Of a stretch of 64,000 nt of DNA, positions 9,919-19,625 are shown piece after piece; position 1 is the stretch's first letter, and every line of letters begins with the position of its first letter. The notes under the pieces are model-generated. The model searched no databases. It had not been told where the DNA came from and was given only the letters and a program-made list of their open reading frames with translations. The DNA comes from an uncultured SAR86 cluster bacterium (GTDB taxonomy: Bacteria > Pseudomonadota > Gammaproteobacteria > Magnimaribacterales > AG-339-G14): positions 144,754 through 208,753 of the forward strand of contig CABZIF010000002.1 in the NCBI GenBank assembly GCA_902525735.1, read 5' to 3'. The position numbers and the translations under genes were made by a program.

Positions 9919-11259
9919 ATGAATCAAAATAAGATTTGGCAGGGTAATTGGACTTTTATTCTAGCTGCAGCTGGTTCTGCAGTTGGTTTAGGAAATATTT
10001 GGAAATTTCCTTATATGGCTGGAACTAATGGCGGGAGCGCTTTTGTTCTAATTTATTTCTTGTGTATTTTGCTCATTGGGTTACCTGTCATGATGGCAGA
10101 AACTTATTTAGGTAGATATGGACGAAAAAGTCCTATTAACAGCATTAAGAAAGTAGTTACTGATTTTAATCTTTCTTTTTATTGGAAAATTTTGGGCTGG
10201 CTTGGCGCAATAGCAGGATTAATGATCTTATCCTACTATAGCGTTTTCGCCGGCATTGCTGCAGCATACATTTTCAATTTCATGCCAAGTAACGAAGTTG
10301 ATCCAGTATATTATTCATTAAATTATTTCAGTGAATTTGTTGGCTCGCCAATGAAAATGATTTTTTGGCATACACTATTCTTAGGCATCACCTGTTTTAT
10401 TGTCGGTAAAGGAGTTATAGACGGGATTGGTAAAACAATTAACTTTTTAATGCCTACTTTATTTTTATTAATAATTCTTTTGTGCATTTATTCATCTTTT
10501 ACAGGTGATTTTTTAAGAGCTTTTAATTTCTTATTTGATGCAGATTTTTCTAAAATTTCAACTTCGGTGATTATTGCTGCAATGGGCCAGGCATTTTTTA
10601 CTTTGAGCATAGGTATGGGAGCAATCATGGCCTATGGAGCTTATATGCCTGAAGATCAACCCATTGCTAAAACAATTCCCGTAATAATAATTTTAGATAC
10701 TTCGGTTGCGTTATTTGCTGGATTAACTATTTTTCCGATAGTGTTTAGCAATCCAATTCTTTCGGTTTCCTCCGGTCCGGGATTATTATTTGAAACATTA
10801 CCGATTGCTTTTAGTTCTTTGCCTTATGGAAGTATTTTTTCTTCAATTTTCTTTATTTTAATTTCTATTGCAGCGGTGAGTTCTTCAGTATCACTTATTG
10901 AACCTTTTACAGCGTGGGTAGAAGAACAACAAATTTTCACTCGAAAATTAGGAGTAATAATTTTAGGTTTGTTCGCCTGGATATTAGGTTTGGGCAGTAT
11001 TTTTTCATTCAATATCTGGAAAGAAATTTTCATTTTCGGCTTTGATTTTTTAAGTCTAATGGATTTTTTAACAAACAATATAATGTTGCCTTTCGGAGGC
11101 TTAGCAATTTGTTTATTGGTAGGGTGGGTTTTAGAAAAAGAAAAAATGAAAAAAGATTTAAAGATGAATAGTGGCTTTTATAATTTTTTTATTATCTGTT
11201 TAAAGTATGTAGCACCAATATCAATCGGAACGATTTTTTTAAGTTATTTTTTTTCCTGA
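9919..11259 (+). CDS. Sodium-dependent transporter, NSS (SNF) family
   Basis: Multi-TM protein. The NSS signature follows the internal ATG at 9919 (WTFILAAAGSAVGLGNIWKFPYMAGTNGGSAFVL). The track's upstream extension from 9733 runs antisense through smpB and is rejected. Confidence 0.88.
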   Translation: MNQNKIWQGNWTFILAAAGSAVGLGNIWKFPYMAGTNGGSAFVLIYFLCILLIGLPVMMAETYLGRYGRKSPINSIKKVVTDFNLSFYWKILGWLGAIAGLMILSYYSVFAGIAAAYIFNFMPSNEVDPVYYSLNYFSEFVGSPMKMIFWHTLFLGITCFIVGKGVIDGIGKTINFLMPTLFLLIILLCIYSSFTGDFLRAFNFLFDADFSKISTSVIIAAMGQAFFTLSIGMGAIMAYGAYMPEDQPIAKTIPVIIILDTSVALFAGLTIFPIVFSNPILSVSSGPGLLFETLPIAFSSLPYGSIFSSIFFILISIAAVSSSVSLIEPFTAWVEEQQIFTRKLGVIILGLFAWILGLGSIFSFNIWKEIFIFGFDFLSLMDFLTNNIMLPFGGLAICLLVGWVLEKEKMKKDLKMNSGFYNFFIICLKYVAPISIGTIFLSYFFS

Positions 11260-11263
11260 AAAA

Positions 11264-11632
11264 TTAGTTGCTAGAGTTTTCGTTTTTGTAACGATCAATC
11301 CATTTGGTTAATCTGCCATTTTCAAAATAAAGAGTAAAATGATTATTATATTCTGTGCTGCTTCCAACAGTAAGAGTGCCGATATACACCCAAATATCTG
11401 GGTTTAAGCCGTCATTTAATGTTGGAGAGCCCATGATGAATTTCACTTGCGCTTCTGTGAGACCAACTTCCAATTTTTCTATCATTTTATCGGTTACTAT
11501 GCTTCCTTGAGGAACTGTAACTTTGTAAAAGTTATCGAAGAAATTCAAAGAGCAACCATTTAGAATAAAAATAAATAGTGAAATATAAATCGTTTTTAGT
11601 AAAATTCTATAAATCATGATTAAACGTCTCAA
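11264..11632 (-). CDS. bamE: Outer-membrane assembly lipoprotein BamE (SmpA/OmlA)
   Basis: Lipobox LNGCS, and a BamE core (GLTEAQVKFIMGSPTLND..IWVY). Divergent from fur, as in Pseudomonas (omlA-fur). The true start may be M6 at 11617. Confidence 0.8.
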   Translation of the reverse strand: MRRLIMIYRILLKTIYISLFIFILNGCSLNFFDNFYKVTVPQGSIVTDKMIEKLEVGLTEAQVKFIMGSPTLNDGLNPDIWVYIGTLTVGSSTEYNNHFTLYFENGRLTKWIDRYKNENSSN

Positions 11633-11646
11633 TTATATACATTCTT

Positions 11647-12072
11647 ATGAGCGAAGATAAAAATTTAAGAGAAGCAGGTTTAAAAGTAACTTTACCGAGA
11701 GTAAGAATATTAGAAATTTTTGAGAAATCTTCGGAAAGACATTTAAGTGCTGATGATGTTTATAAAAAAATCTTGGATTCGGGTGACGAGGTTGGTCTTG
11801 CAACTGTTTACAGAGTATTAACGCAATTTGAATCAGCTGGAATCTTAGAAAAACAAAATTTTGAATCAGGTCATTCAGTCTATGAGCTTGCTTCGAATCC
11901 AGATTTTGATGAACATCATGACCATATGGTTTGTATTAAGACCGGCAAAGTAATTGAATTTAACAATCAAATGATTGAAGACATTCAAGAAAAACTAGCA
12001 GATTCCCATGGTTATAGATTGATAGATCATAAACTCGTCCTCTATGTTGAGCCAAAAAAAGAAAATGAATAA
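11647..12072 (+). CDS. fur: Ferric uptake regulator
   Basis: 141 aa with GLKVTLPRVRILEIF, ATVYRVLTQFE.AGI and a HHDHMVC metal site. Confidence 0.93.
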   Translation: MSEDKNLREAGLKVTLPRVRILEIFEKSSERHLSADDVYKKILDSGDEVGLATVYRVLTQFESAGILEKQNFESGHSVYELASNPDFDEHHDHMVCIKTGKVIEFNNQMIEDIQEKLADSHGYRLIDHKLVLYVEPKKENE

Positions 12073-12610
12073 AAAAGATAATAACGAGGAAACTTCTGAT
12101 GAAGAAAAAAATCAATCTTTTGATGAAAACGACGACTTAGAAAAAAAAGAAAAGGATTCTATAGAAGAAACTGAAGAAGCAGAAAATTCACTAGAAGATT
12201 TAGAAGAAAAAGTTCTTAGAGCTCAAGCCGAAGTTCAAAATGTTAGAAGAACTGCCCAAAACGAAGTTTTAAAAGCTCGTTTGTATGGTTCCGAATCCCT
12301 TGTAAAGGATATTCTTCCATCGATTGATAATCTTTTTAGAACTTTAGAGCACCAAGACAAAAAAACTAAAAGCGTTCCATCAGAAGGAATAGAACTTGTA
12401 ATTAGAGAGATGTTGGGAGCTTTAGAAAAAAACGGTATTTCTGTAGTAGATCCAAAAAATGAAGAGTTTAATCCAGATGAGCATGAAGCTATATCGGTAG
12501 TAGAAAATAAGGATGTTTCACCTAATACTTGCTTAGAAGTAACTCAAAAAGGATTTAAGTTTAGAGATAGAGTAATAAGGCCAGCAATGGTAATAGTCAG
12601 CAAAAAGTAA
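12065..12610 (+). CDS. grpE: Nucleotide exchange factor GrpE
   Basis: C-terminal GrpE core (NFDPDEHEAISV.., GFKFRDRVIRPAMVIVS) and an acidic N-terminal extension. The ATG at 12065 overlaps the fur stop by 8 nt. Confidence 0.9.
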   Translation: MNKKDNNEETSDEEKNQSFDENDDLEKKEKDSIEETEEAENSLEDLEEKVLRAQAEVQNVRRTAQNEVLKARLYGSESLVKDILPSIDNLFRTLEHQDKKTKSVPSEGIELVIREMLGALEKNGISVVDPKNEEFNPDEHEAISVVENKDVSPNTCLEVTQKGFKFRDRVIRPAMVIVSKK

Positions 12611-12618
12611 AATTTATC

Positions 12619-12645
12619 CTTGAAAAAAATATATTAGCCCTCAAT
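12619..12645 (+). promoter_or_regulatory. Sigma-32-type heat-shock promoter for dnaK
   Basis: CTTGAAA at 12619-12625 and CCCTCAAT at 12638-12645, with 13 nt between TTGAA and CCC. This resembles the consensus CTTGAA-N13-17-CCCCATNT. It sits about 35 nt upstream of the dnaK ATG. Confidence 0.55.
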
Positions 12646-12678
12646 AAAGTATTTGTAAGAATATTTACGGAGATATAA

Positions 12679-14607
12679 ATGGCTAAAATTATAGGTATTG
12701 ATTTAGGGACCACGAATTCATGTGTTTCTATTATGGAAGGTGAAAATGCTAAAGTCATCGAAAACGCTGAAGGTGAGAGAACCACTCCCTCCGTTGTAGC
12801 GTATACAGATGGCGAAACATTAGTCGGTTCAAGCGCTAAAAGGCAATCTGTTACAAATCCAGAAAATACGCTATACGCCATTAAAAGACTTATTGGCAGG
12901 AAGTTTTCTGATGAAGTTGTAACTAAGGATAAAGAAATGACTCCTTTTGAAATTATCAAGGCTGACAATGGTGATGCATGGGTTAAAGCAAACGGTGAGA
13001 GTTTAGCTCCTCAACAAGTTTCTGCTCAGATTTTAACGAAAATGAAAAAATCTGCTGAAGACTACTTAGGTCATGAGGTAAAAGAAGCGGTAGTAACTGT
13101 TCCAGCTTACTTTAATGATTCCCAAAGACAGGCTACTAAAGATGCAGGAAAAATTGCCGGTTTAGAAGTTAAAAGAATAATAAATGAGCCTACGGCAGCA
13201 GCATTAGCCTTTGGTTTAGATAAAAAAACTGGCGATCAAAAGATTGCTGTTTTCGACCTGGGTGGAGGAACATTTGATATTTCTATCATAGAACTAGCTG
13301 AAATAGACGGTGAAAAACAATTTGAAGTTTTGTCTACCAATGGCGACACGTTCCTTGGTGGAGAAGATTTTGATCTTGCGTTGATAGATCATCTTGTTGA
13401 TGAATTTAAAAAAGAGCAAAATTTTGATTTGAAATCGGATCCGGCCGCACTACAAAGACTCAAGGAAGCAGCGGAAAAGGCCAAGATTGAACTCTCTTCC
13501 AATCAACAAACTGAAATCAACCTTCCATATATTACTGCTGACTCATCTGGTCCTAAACACCTTTTAATTAAATTAACTAGATCTAAGCTTGAGGCTCTTG
13601 TAGAGCCATTAGTTGCAAGAAGTTTAAAGCCAGTTGAGATTGCACTAAAGGACGCAAATTTAAAAACTTCTGAAATTAATGACGTAATTTTAGTAGGAGG
13701 GCAAACAAGAATGCCTATGGTTCAAGAAAAAGTTAAAGAATTTTTCGGAAAAGAGCCAAGAAAAGATATTAACCCGGATGAGGCCGTTGCTGTAGGAGCT
13801 GCCGTTCAGGGAGCTGTTCTATCCGGAGACGTAACAGATATTCTTCTTTTAGATGTCACACCTCTTACTTTAGGTATAGAAACTATGGGTGGAGTCATGA
13901 CTCCTGTAATAGAAAAAAATACAACTATTCCAACCAATAAATCTCAGATTTTTTCAACTGCAGAGGATAATCAGACTGCTGTAACCGTAAACGTTGTTCA
14001 AGGTGAGAGAAAGCAGGCAAAAGAAAATAAGCAGTTAGGTCTATTTAACTTAGATGGGATTCCAGCTGCTCCAAGAGGTATGCCTCAAATTGAGGTATCC
14101 TTTGACATAGATGCTAATGGAATCTTAAATGTTTCAGCTAAAGACAAAGCAACTGATAAAGAACAATCTATTACCATTCAAGCTTCAGGCGGTTTATCTG
14201 AAGAAGAAATAGAAAAAATGGTTACTGAAGCAGAAGCAAATGCCGAAGAAGATAAAATTTTCGAAGAAATGGTGCAGGCAAGAAATTCTGCAGACACTTT
14301 AATTCACAGCTGCAAAAAAACTTTAGAAGAATCAGCTGATAAAGTTGAAGAAAACGAAAAAACTCAGATTGAAGAAGCTATTACTTCTCTTGAAGAAGCC
14401 ATGAAAGGCGAAAATAAACAAGAAATTGAGGACAAAACCAAAGCGCTAGCTGAGGCTTCATCTTCTCTAGCTCAGAGACTTTACGCAGAGCAACAACAAA
14501 ACGCTTCAACTGATTCAGGAGGTCAAGAATCTGAATCTGCTGACGACTCGGCGGTAGATGCTGATTTTGAAGAGGTTAAAGAAGAAGCCAAAGAACAAGA
14601 AAAATAG
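12679..14607 (+). CDS. dnaK: Chaperone DnaK (Hsp70)
   Basis: 642 aa with [20 protein letters not shown] and [11 protein letters not shown]. Confidence 0.98.
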   Translation: MAKIIGIDLGTTNSCVSIMEGENAKVIENAEGERTTPSVVAYTDGETLVGSSAKRQSVTNPENTLYAIKRLIGRKFSDEVVTKDKEMTPFEIIKADNGDAWVKANGESLAPQQVSAQILTKMKKSAEDYLGHEVKEAVVTVPAYFNDSQRQATKDAGKIAGLEVKRIINEPTAAALAFGLDKKTGDQKIAVFDLGGGTFDISIIELAEIDGEKQFEVLSTNGDTFLGGEDFDLALIDHLVDEFKKEQNFDLKSDPAALQRLKEAAEKAKIELSSNQQTEINLPYITADSSGPKHLLIKLTRSKLEALVEPLVARSLKPVEIALKDANLKTSEINDVILVGGQTRMPMVQEKVKEFFGKEPRKDINPDEAVAVGAAVQGAVLSGDVTDILLLDVTPLTLGIETMGGVMTPVIEKNTTIPTNKSQIFSTAEDNQTAVTVNVVQGERKQAKENKQLGLFNLDGIPAAPRGMPQIEVSFDIDANGILNVSAKDKATDKEQSITIQASGGLSEEEIEKMVTEAEANAEEDKIFEEMVQARNSADTLIHSCKKTLEESADKVEENEKTQIEEAITSLEEAMKGENKQEIEDKTKALAEASSSLAQRLYAEQQQNASTDSGGQESESADDSAVDADFEEVKEEAKEQEK

Positions 14608-14634
14608 TTATTATTTTTTTGATTAAGCATCAAA

Positions 14635-15711
14635 ATGAGTAAAAGAGATTACTATGAGGTGCTAGGTGTCAACAAAAGCACGTCTAAAGACGAACTAAAA
14701 AAAGCTTATCGTAAATTAGCTATGAAATACCATCCGGATAGAAATCCTGATGATCAAGCGGCTTCCGAGAAGTTTAAAGAACTATCAGAAGCTTACGAAA
14801 TTCTTTCGGATGATCAAAAACGACAAGCTTACGACCAATTCGGACATGATGGAGTTAATCCATCTTTTACAAATGCGCAAGGAGCAGCGGAAGGATTTAG
14901 TGACATATTTGGAGATATCTTTTCCGATATTTTTGGCGGTTCTACAAGAACAAGAAGTAGGTCTCAGAGAGGTGCTGATTTAAGTTATAGCGTTGAAGTC
15001 TCTCTTGAAGACGCTGTCAAAGGTACAAGTATTAATCTTGACATTCCTTCGAGCGAGAGATGTTCAGGTACTTGGCATCAGTGTAGCCACTGTAACGGCG
15101 CTGGAGTAGTTAGAATGCAACAAGGTTTTTTTTCAATGCAACAGACTTGTCCTCATTGCAGAGGGGAAGGTGATATACATGATCCAAATTGCTCTATCTG
15201 TGGCGGTGCAGGCTTTATTAAAAAAAATAAAACTCTTTCAGTAAAAATTCCAGAAGGCGTTGATACTGGAGATAGAATAAGATTATCTGGCGAAGGAGAT
15301 TCCGGTAAACATGGAAATGGAGATCTTTATATACAAGTAGATGTCCAAAGGCACAAAATCTTTGAAAGAGATGGAAAGCATTTATATTGCGAGGTTCCGA
15401 TCAACTATGCTGATGCAGTCCTTGGCGGCGATATTGAAGTCCCAACGCTTGATGGCAAAGTTAAAATTAAAATTCCTGAAGGAACACAAAGCCATAAATT
15501 ATTTAGGTTAAATGGAAAAGGGATCAAGCCTTTAAGAGGTGGATCAAAAGGGGATATACTTGTAAGAGTTTTAGTTGAAATACCCGTTAAATTGAACAAA
15601 GAGCAAGCAGCATTACTTAGAAAGTTTAAGGAATCTATTAGCAGTTCCGAAAATACGCCTATGAAAAGTACTTGGTTGAAAAGCGCTAAAGAATTTTTAA
15701 AGGGTTTTTAA
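14635..15711 (+). CDS. dnaJ: Co-chaperone DnaJ (Hsp40)
   Basis: J domain ([16 protein letters not shown]), a G/F region, and a Cys-rich domain in which only three intact CxxCxGxG motifs are visible (see findings). Confidence 0.95.
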   Translation: MSKRDYYEVLGVNKSTSKDELKKAYRKLAMKYHPDRNPDDQAASEKFKELSEAYEILSDDQKRQAYDQFGHDGVNPSFTNAQGAAEGFSDIFGDIFSDIFGGSTRTRSRSQRGADLSYSVEVSLEDAVKGTSINLDIPSSERCSGTWHQCSHCNGAGVVRMQQGFFSMQQTCPHCRGEGDIHDPNCSICGGAGFIKKNKTLSVKIPEGVDTGDRIRLSGEGDSGKHGNGDLYIQVDVQRHKIFERDGKHLYCEVPINYADAVLGGDIEVPTLDGKVKIKIPEGTQSHKLFRLNGKGIKPLRGGSKGDILVRVLVEIPVKLNKEQAALLRKFKESISSSENTPMKSTWLKSAKEFLKGF

Positions 15712-16451
15712 TGTCAATCTCTCTTTTTATTTCAGGTGTTACAGGAAAATTAGGAAAAGTTGTTGCTGAAGAGTTAGAAAATACAGAAAGTATTTTTTTG
15801 GCTGGAGGCCATGCCTCAGCCAGCAACAAAAATTTAGGAAAGCCCTTAAATTCGATTTTGAATATCGAATGCAAAGAAAACTTAATTTCAGATTTCAATA
15901 ATATTGATTATAAAATTGATGCAGTTTTGGATGTTTCTTCAATAGATAATTTTCAACATCTCACTGAATTTTGCTTAAAAAAAGAATTACCGTTTATATT
16001 GGCTAGCACAGGTCATAGTGAAGATCAGCTATCTTCTTTGAAGAAATATAGTGAAGATTTCCCAATCCTAATTGCTCCAAATTTGAGTTTAGGTATAAAT
16101 CTTCTAAAACAATCTCTATTACCTTTAAAAAATAACGAATTTATTAGCAAAATAGAAATTACCGAAACTCATCATAAAGAAAAAAAAGATTCCCCTTCGG
16201 GAACAGCAAAAGATTTGGCTGAATTTATTGATAAAAACTTGCATTTAAAAGTTAAAACTATTGTTAAATCTATCAGAGACGAATCGTCGGTAGGTATTCA
16301 TGAAGTAAAGATATCTTTAGATAATGACGAGTTAATAATTACTCATAATGCTTTTGATAGAAAAATCTTCGCAAAAGGTGCAATAAAAGCAATTGAGTGG
16401 ATTGTTACTCAAAAGCCAGGGCTTTATTCTATGCAAGAAATATCTTTTTAA
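15711..16451 (+). CDS. dapB: 4-hydroxy-tetrahydrodipicolinate reductase
   Basis: 246 aa. N-terminal dinucleotide fold GVTGKLGK, then ETHHKEKKDSPSGTA (DapB E-x-HH-x-K-x-D-x-PSGTA motif). TAATG junction with dnaJ. Confidence 0.85.
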   Translation: MSISLFISGVTGKLGKVVAEELENTESIFLAGGHASASNKNLGKPLNSILNIECKENLISDFNNIDYKIDAVLDVSSIDNFQHLTEFCLKKELPFILASTGHSEDQLSSLKKYSEDFPILIAPNLSLGINLLKQSLLPLKNNEFISKIEITETHHKEKKDSPSGTAKDLAEFIDKNLHLKVKTIVKSIRDESSVGIHEVKISLDNDELIITHNAFDRKIFAKGAIKAIEWIVTQKPGLYSMQEISF

Positions 16452-16455
16452 GGCT

Positions 16456-16600
16456 TTGGAGTAAATTAATTTTTATGGTTTAATTCCTCACCATTCACTT
16501 TTTAGTGAATGAAACACACTCGTAAAGATTGAGTATTCGGGTGCTTCTTTTGCTCAAAAGTTGTTGAATACTTAGCTTCGAGGAGGATTAACCCAGCCGC
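16456..16600 (+). promoter_or_regulatory. rpsB promoter and structured 5' leader (candidate S2 autoregulatory leader)
   Basis: Possible -35 TTGGAG (16456-61) and extended -10 TGgTTTAAT (16476-84). Perfect 8-bp hairpin CATTCACT/AGTGAATG at 16492-16511. A longer hairpin pairs AGTATTC (16532-38) with GAATACT (16566-72) and has inner CTTTTG/CAAAAG pairing. This is the largest non-coding gap in the window. Confidence 0.4.
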
Positions 16601-16624
16601 ATGGCTAAAAAAGGAGCAACAAAG

Positions 16625-17473
16625 ATGGATATTTCCATAGAACAAATGCTGAAAGCAGGAGTGCATTTCGGCCACCAAACTAGATTTTGGAATCCTAAAA
16701 TGGATCCTTTCATTTTCGGTAATAGAAATAAAGTTCACATAATAGATTTAGAAAAAACTCTTGAGCACCTGAAACCCTCTATTGAATTCTGTAAACAATT
16801 AGCTGCTTCAAATAATAGAATTTTATTTGTAGGTACTAAAAGAGCTGCCAGCAAAGTAATAAAATCAGAAGCAGAAAGATGCGATATGCCATTTGTTAAT
16901 TACAGATGGTTAGGCGGGATGTTAACAAATTATAAAACTGTCAGAGCCTCAATCAGACGCCTCGAAATTTTAAAAACGCAAGAAGAAGAAGGAAAGTTTA
17001 ACGACTTAACCAAAAAAGAAGTTCTTGGAATTAGGCGTGAGATGGAAAAATTAGAAAGATCGATAGGCGGTATAAAAAACATGGGAGGTCTTCCTGAAGC
17101 CTTATTCATAATTGATGTGAATAATGAAAAAATTGCAGTAGCTGAAGCTAGGAAAATGGGTATTCCCATTATAGGTTTAGTAGATACAAATTCGGATCCA
17201 GATAGCGTTGATTATGTCATTCCAGGAAATGACGATGCTATTCGCTCTATTTCTTTAATCGCAAGAATAATTTCAAATGCCTGCTTAGACGGGGCTTCAA
17301 GAGCTTCTGGCTTAGGGTCTAAAAAGGATGGGCCCGTCATATTAAGAAAAAGTGAAATCGAGGAATCTAATGATCCTTCTTCGGAAGGTGTGAATGAGGA
17401 AGCTTCAACTGAACCCTCTTCAGAAAAAGAAGCTAAAGATAAAGATTTGCTAGCAGATTCCGAAGAAAAATAA
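16625..17473 (+). CDS. rpsB: 30S ribosomal protein S2
   Basis: [20 protein letters not shown] prefer the ATG at 16625 (AAGGAG 9 nt upstream, N-terminal length like E. coli) over the track start at 16601. About 40 aa of acidic, Ser-rich C-terminal extension. Confidence 0.93.
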   Translation: MDISIEQMLKAGVHFGHQTRFWNPKMDPFIFGNRNKVHIIDLEKTLEHLKPSIEFCKQLAASNNRILFVGTKRAASKVIKSEAERCDMPFVNYRWLGGMLTNYKTVRASIRRLEILKTQEEEGKFNDLTKKEVLGIRREMEKLERSIGGIKNMGGLPEALFIIDVNNEKIAVAEARKMGIPIIGLVDTNSDPDSVDYVIPGNDDAIRSISLIARIISNACLDGASRASGLGSKKDGPVILRKSEIEESNDPSSEGVNEEASTEPSSEKEAKDKDLLADSEEK

Positions 17474-17482
17474 GAGGAAAAA

Positions 17483-18337
17483 ATGAATATAAGTGCTAAG
17501 GACGTTAAAGACTTAAGAGAAAAAACAGGATTAGGGATGATGGAATGCAAAAAAGCATTAGAAGAGGCTGGAGGAGATTCTGACCTAGCTATTACAAACT
17601 TAAGAAAAAACAGCGCCTTGAAGGCAGAAAAGAAATCATCAAGAACAGCTGTTGAGGGAGTCATACTGTCCGATACTAGTGATTCAAGCAATTCTATCTT
17701 GATTGAAATTAATTGTGAGACTGATTTTGTAGCTAAAGACGCTAACTTCTTAGCTTTTACAGAAGAGGTATTAGCAACATGTCTAAACTCGCCTGATGCT
17801 AGTTTAGAAAAATTACTATCAGATTCTTTAGAAGAGAAAAGGCAGAATCTTGTTCAAAAAATTGGTGAAAACATTGTAATAAGAAGAAAATTTAATGTTT
17901 CATCTCCTTTTGTATACTCTTATATACATGGAAATAAAAAAATTGGAGTTCTTGTATCTCTTGAACTAGAAAATGAAGAGCTTGGAAAAGATTTAGCCAT
18001 GCACGTGGCAGCATCTAACCCGTTGGCTATTAGCCCAGAAGAAATATCAGAAGAAATAATTAATAAAGAAAAAGAAATAATCGAGGCTCAGGTTTCTGAT
18101 GCCGACAAGCCTCAAGAAATTATCGAAAAAATGACTTCAGGAAGACTAAAAAAATTCCTGTCAGAAGTTAGCTTAATCGATCAACTATTTGTAAAAGATC
18201 CTTCACTCAATGTAGGCCAACTCTTAAAAAATAATGACAATTCTGTTTTGTCCTTCATAAGATATGAGGTAGGAGAGGGAATAGAAGTTGAGAAAAAAGA
18301 TTTTGCTGAAGAAGTTCAGGCTCAGTTAGGAAATTAA
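17483..18337 (+). CDS. tsf: Elongation factor Ts
   Basis: 284 aa. The UBA-like N-terminus is VKDLREKTGLGMMECKKALEEAGGD. Confidence 0.95.
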   Translation: MNISAKDVKDLREKTGLGMMECKKALEEAGGDSDLAITNLRKNSALKAEKKSSRTAVEGVILSDTSDSSNSILIEINCETDFVAKDANFLAFTEEVLATCLNSPDASLEKLLSDSLEEKRQNLVQKIGENIVIRRKFNVSSPFVYSYIHGNKKIGVLVSLELENEELGKDLAMHVAASNPLAISPEEISEEIINKEKEIIEAQVSDADKPQEIIEKMTSGRLKKFLSEVSLIDQLFVKDPSLNVGQLLKNNDNSVLSFIRYEVGEGIEVEKKDFAEEVQAQLGN

Positions 18338-18346
18338 TTTAAAAAA

Positions 18347-18904
18347 ATGATTGTTGAAACAGAAGCTGAAACTAAGGAGGGTATGGCAAAAACTATATCT
18401 GCTTTAGAGGTCACATTTCAAAGGATCAGGACTGGCCGAGCAAATCCTTCTTTGTTGGATTCAATTGAAGTTGATTATTACGGGAATCCGACCCCGCTGA
18501 AACAAGTTTGCAATATAGCTGTTGAGAATGCCAAAACCTTGTCTATATCTCCTTGGGAGAAAGATATGGTAATACCTATTGAAAAGGCTATTCAATCTTC
18601 TGATATAGGAGTACAGCCTATAACTTCCGGTGAAGTAATTAGAGTAATACTGCCTGACTTAACAGAAGAAACTAGAAGAGAACTAATTAAAGTTGCAAAA
18701 TCTGAAGCCGAAAATTCTAAAATTTCTATCAGGAATCAAAGAAGAGATGCTAATGGCATGTTAAAAGAATATTTAAACGAAAAAGAGATATCAGAAGATG
18801 ACTTAAAAAAAGGAGAGGAGCTTATTCAGAGAGCAACTGATGAATTCATAAAAAAAGTTGAGACTCTTTTAGAAGAAAAAGAAAAGGATCTCCTTGATTT
18901 CTAG
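18347..18904 (+). CDS. frr: Ribosome recycling factor
   Basis: 185 aa with IRTGRANPSLLDSIEVDYYGNPTPLKQ. It follows tsf after 9 nt, with no pyrH between them. Confidence 0.95.
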   Translation: MIVETEAETKEGMAKTISALEVTFQRIRTGRANPSLLDSIEVDYYGNPTPLKQVCNIAVENAKTLSISPWEKDMVIPIEKAIQSSDIGVQPITSGEVIRVILPDLTEETRRELIKVAKSEAENSKISIRNQRRDANGMLKEYLNEKEISEDDLKKGEELIQRATDEFIKKVETLLEEKEKDLLDF

Positions 18905-18911
18905 ATAAGTC

Positions 18912-19625
18912 ATGAAAAAGTTTCCAAATCATGTAGCCATAATAATGGATGGAAACACGAGATGGGCAGAAAATAATAACTTAGATAAAAATGATGGCCA
19001 CAAAGAAGGAGTAAAAAAAGCTCGACTTGCTGTTGAATTTTTTTTAGAAAATAAAATAAAAAACTTAACTCTTTTTGCCTTTAGTACTGAAAATTGGGGA
19101 AGACAAAGAAAAGAGGTAAAGGGTCTTTTGAAACTTTTTCTGGAGGCTATTAACGAGCAGACTCCTGATTTAATTAAAAATAAAGTCAAATTAAATTTTA
19201 TTGGCGATATTTCTCGATTTGATAAAGTTCTCATTAATAAAATAAAAAGCTCACAAATAAAAACAAGCAAATACGATTCAAAGATGAGTTTAAATATTGC
19301 TATAAGCTATGGCGGAAGATGGGATATTGAACAAGCATTAAAGTCTATTGCAAAAGATATTTCGAAAAAGAAAATCAAAATCAAAAATATAGACGAAAGT
19401 TTAATAACTGATTACTTGTCAACTTCATTGATTCCTGATCCAGACTTAATAATTAGGTCTGCTGGGGAACAAAGAATAAGTAATTTTTTTCTTTGGCAAG
19501 CAGCATACTCTGAAATTTATTTTTTAAAAAAATTATGGCCTGATTTTAACGAAGGTGATTTTGAAAAAGCCCTAGATGAGTATGCGCGGAGAAAAAGGAA
19601 ATTTGGAGTCAAAACAGGAAATTAG
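18912..19625 (+). CDS. uppS: Undecaprenyl diphosphate synthase
   Basis: HVAIIMDGNTRWA, FAFSTENWGR and RISNFFLWQAAYSE. Confidence 0.94.
   Translation: MKKFPNHVAIIMDGNTRWAENNNLDKNDGHKEGVKKARLAVEFFLENKIKNLTLFAFSTENWGRQRKEVKGLLKLFLEAINEQTPDLIKNKVKLNFIGDISRFDKVLINKIKSSQIKTSKYDSKMSLNIAISYGGRWDIEQALKSIAKDISKKKIKIKNIDESLITDYLSTSLIPDPDLIIRSAGEQRISNFFLWQAAYSEIYFLKKLWPDFNEGDFEKALDEYARRKRKFGVKTGN

Noticed and set aside
14750-14983. A 77-aa alternative-frame ORF inside dnaJ on the same strand.
   Set aside because: It lies within the conserved J domain and G/F region of DnaJ and has no independent signal.
16502-16738. A 78-aa minus-strand ORF across the rpsB leader and 5' end.
   Set aside because: It is antisense to rpsB and its SD region. 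The region is better explained as a structured leader.
17212-17691. A 159-aa ORF antisense to the rpsB 3' end, the rpsB-tsf spacer and the tsf 5' end.
   Set aside because: It is a Ser/Phe/Leu-rich, low-complexity mirror of Glu/Lys-rich sense codons. It lies fully inside two strongly supported genes and has no recognisable motif. This is a typical shadow ORF in AT-rich DNA.
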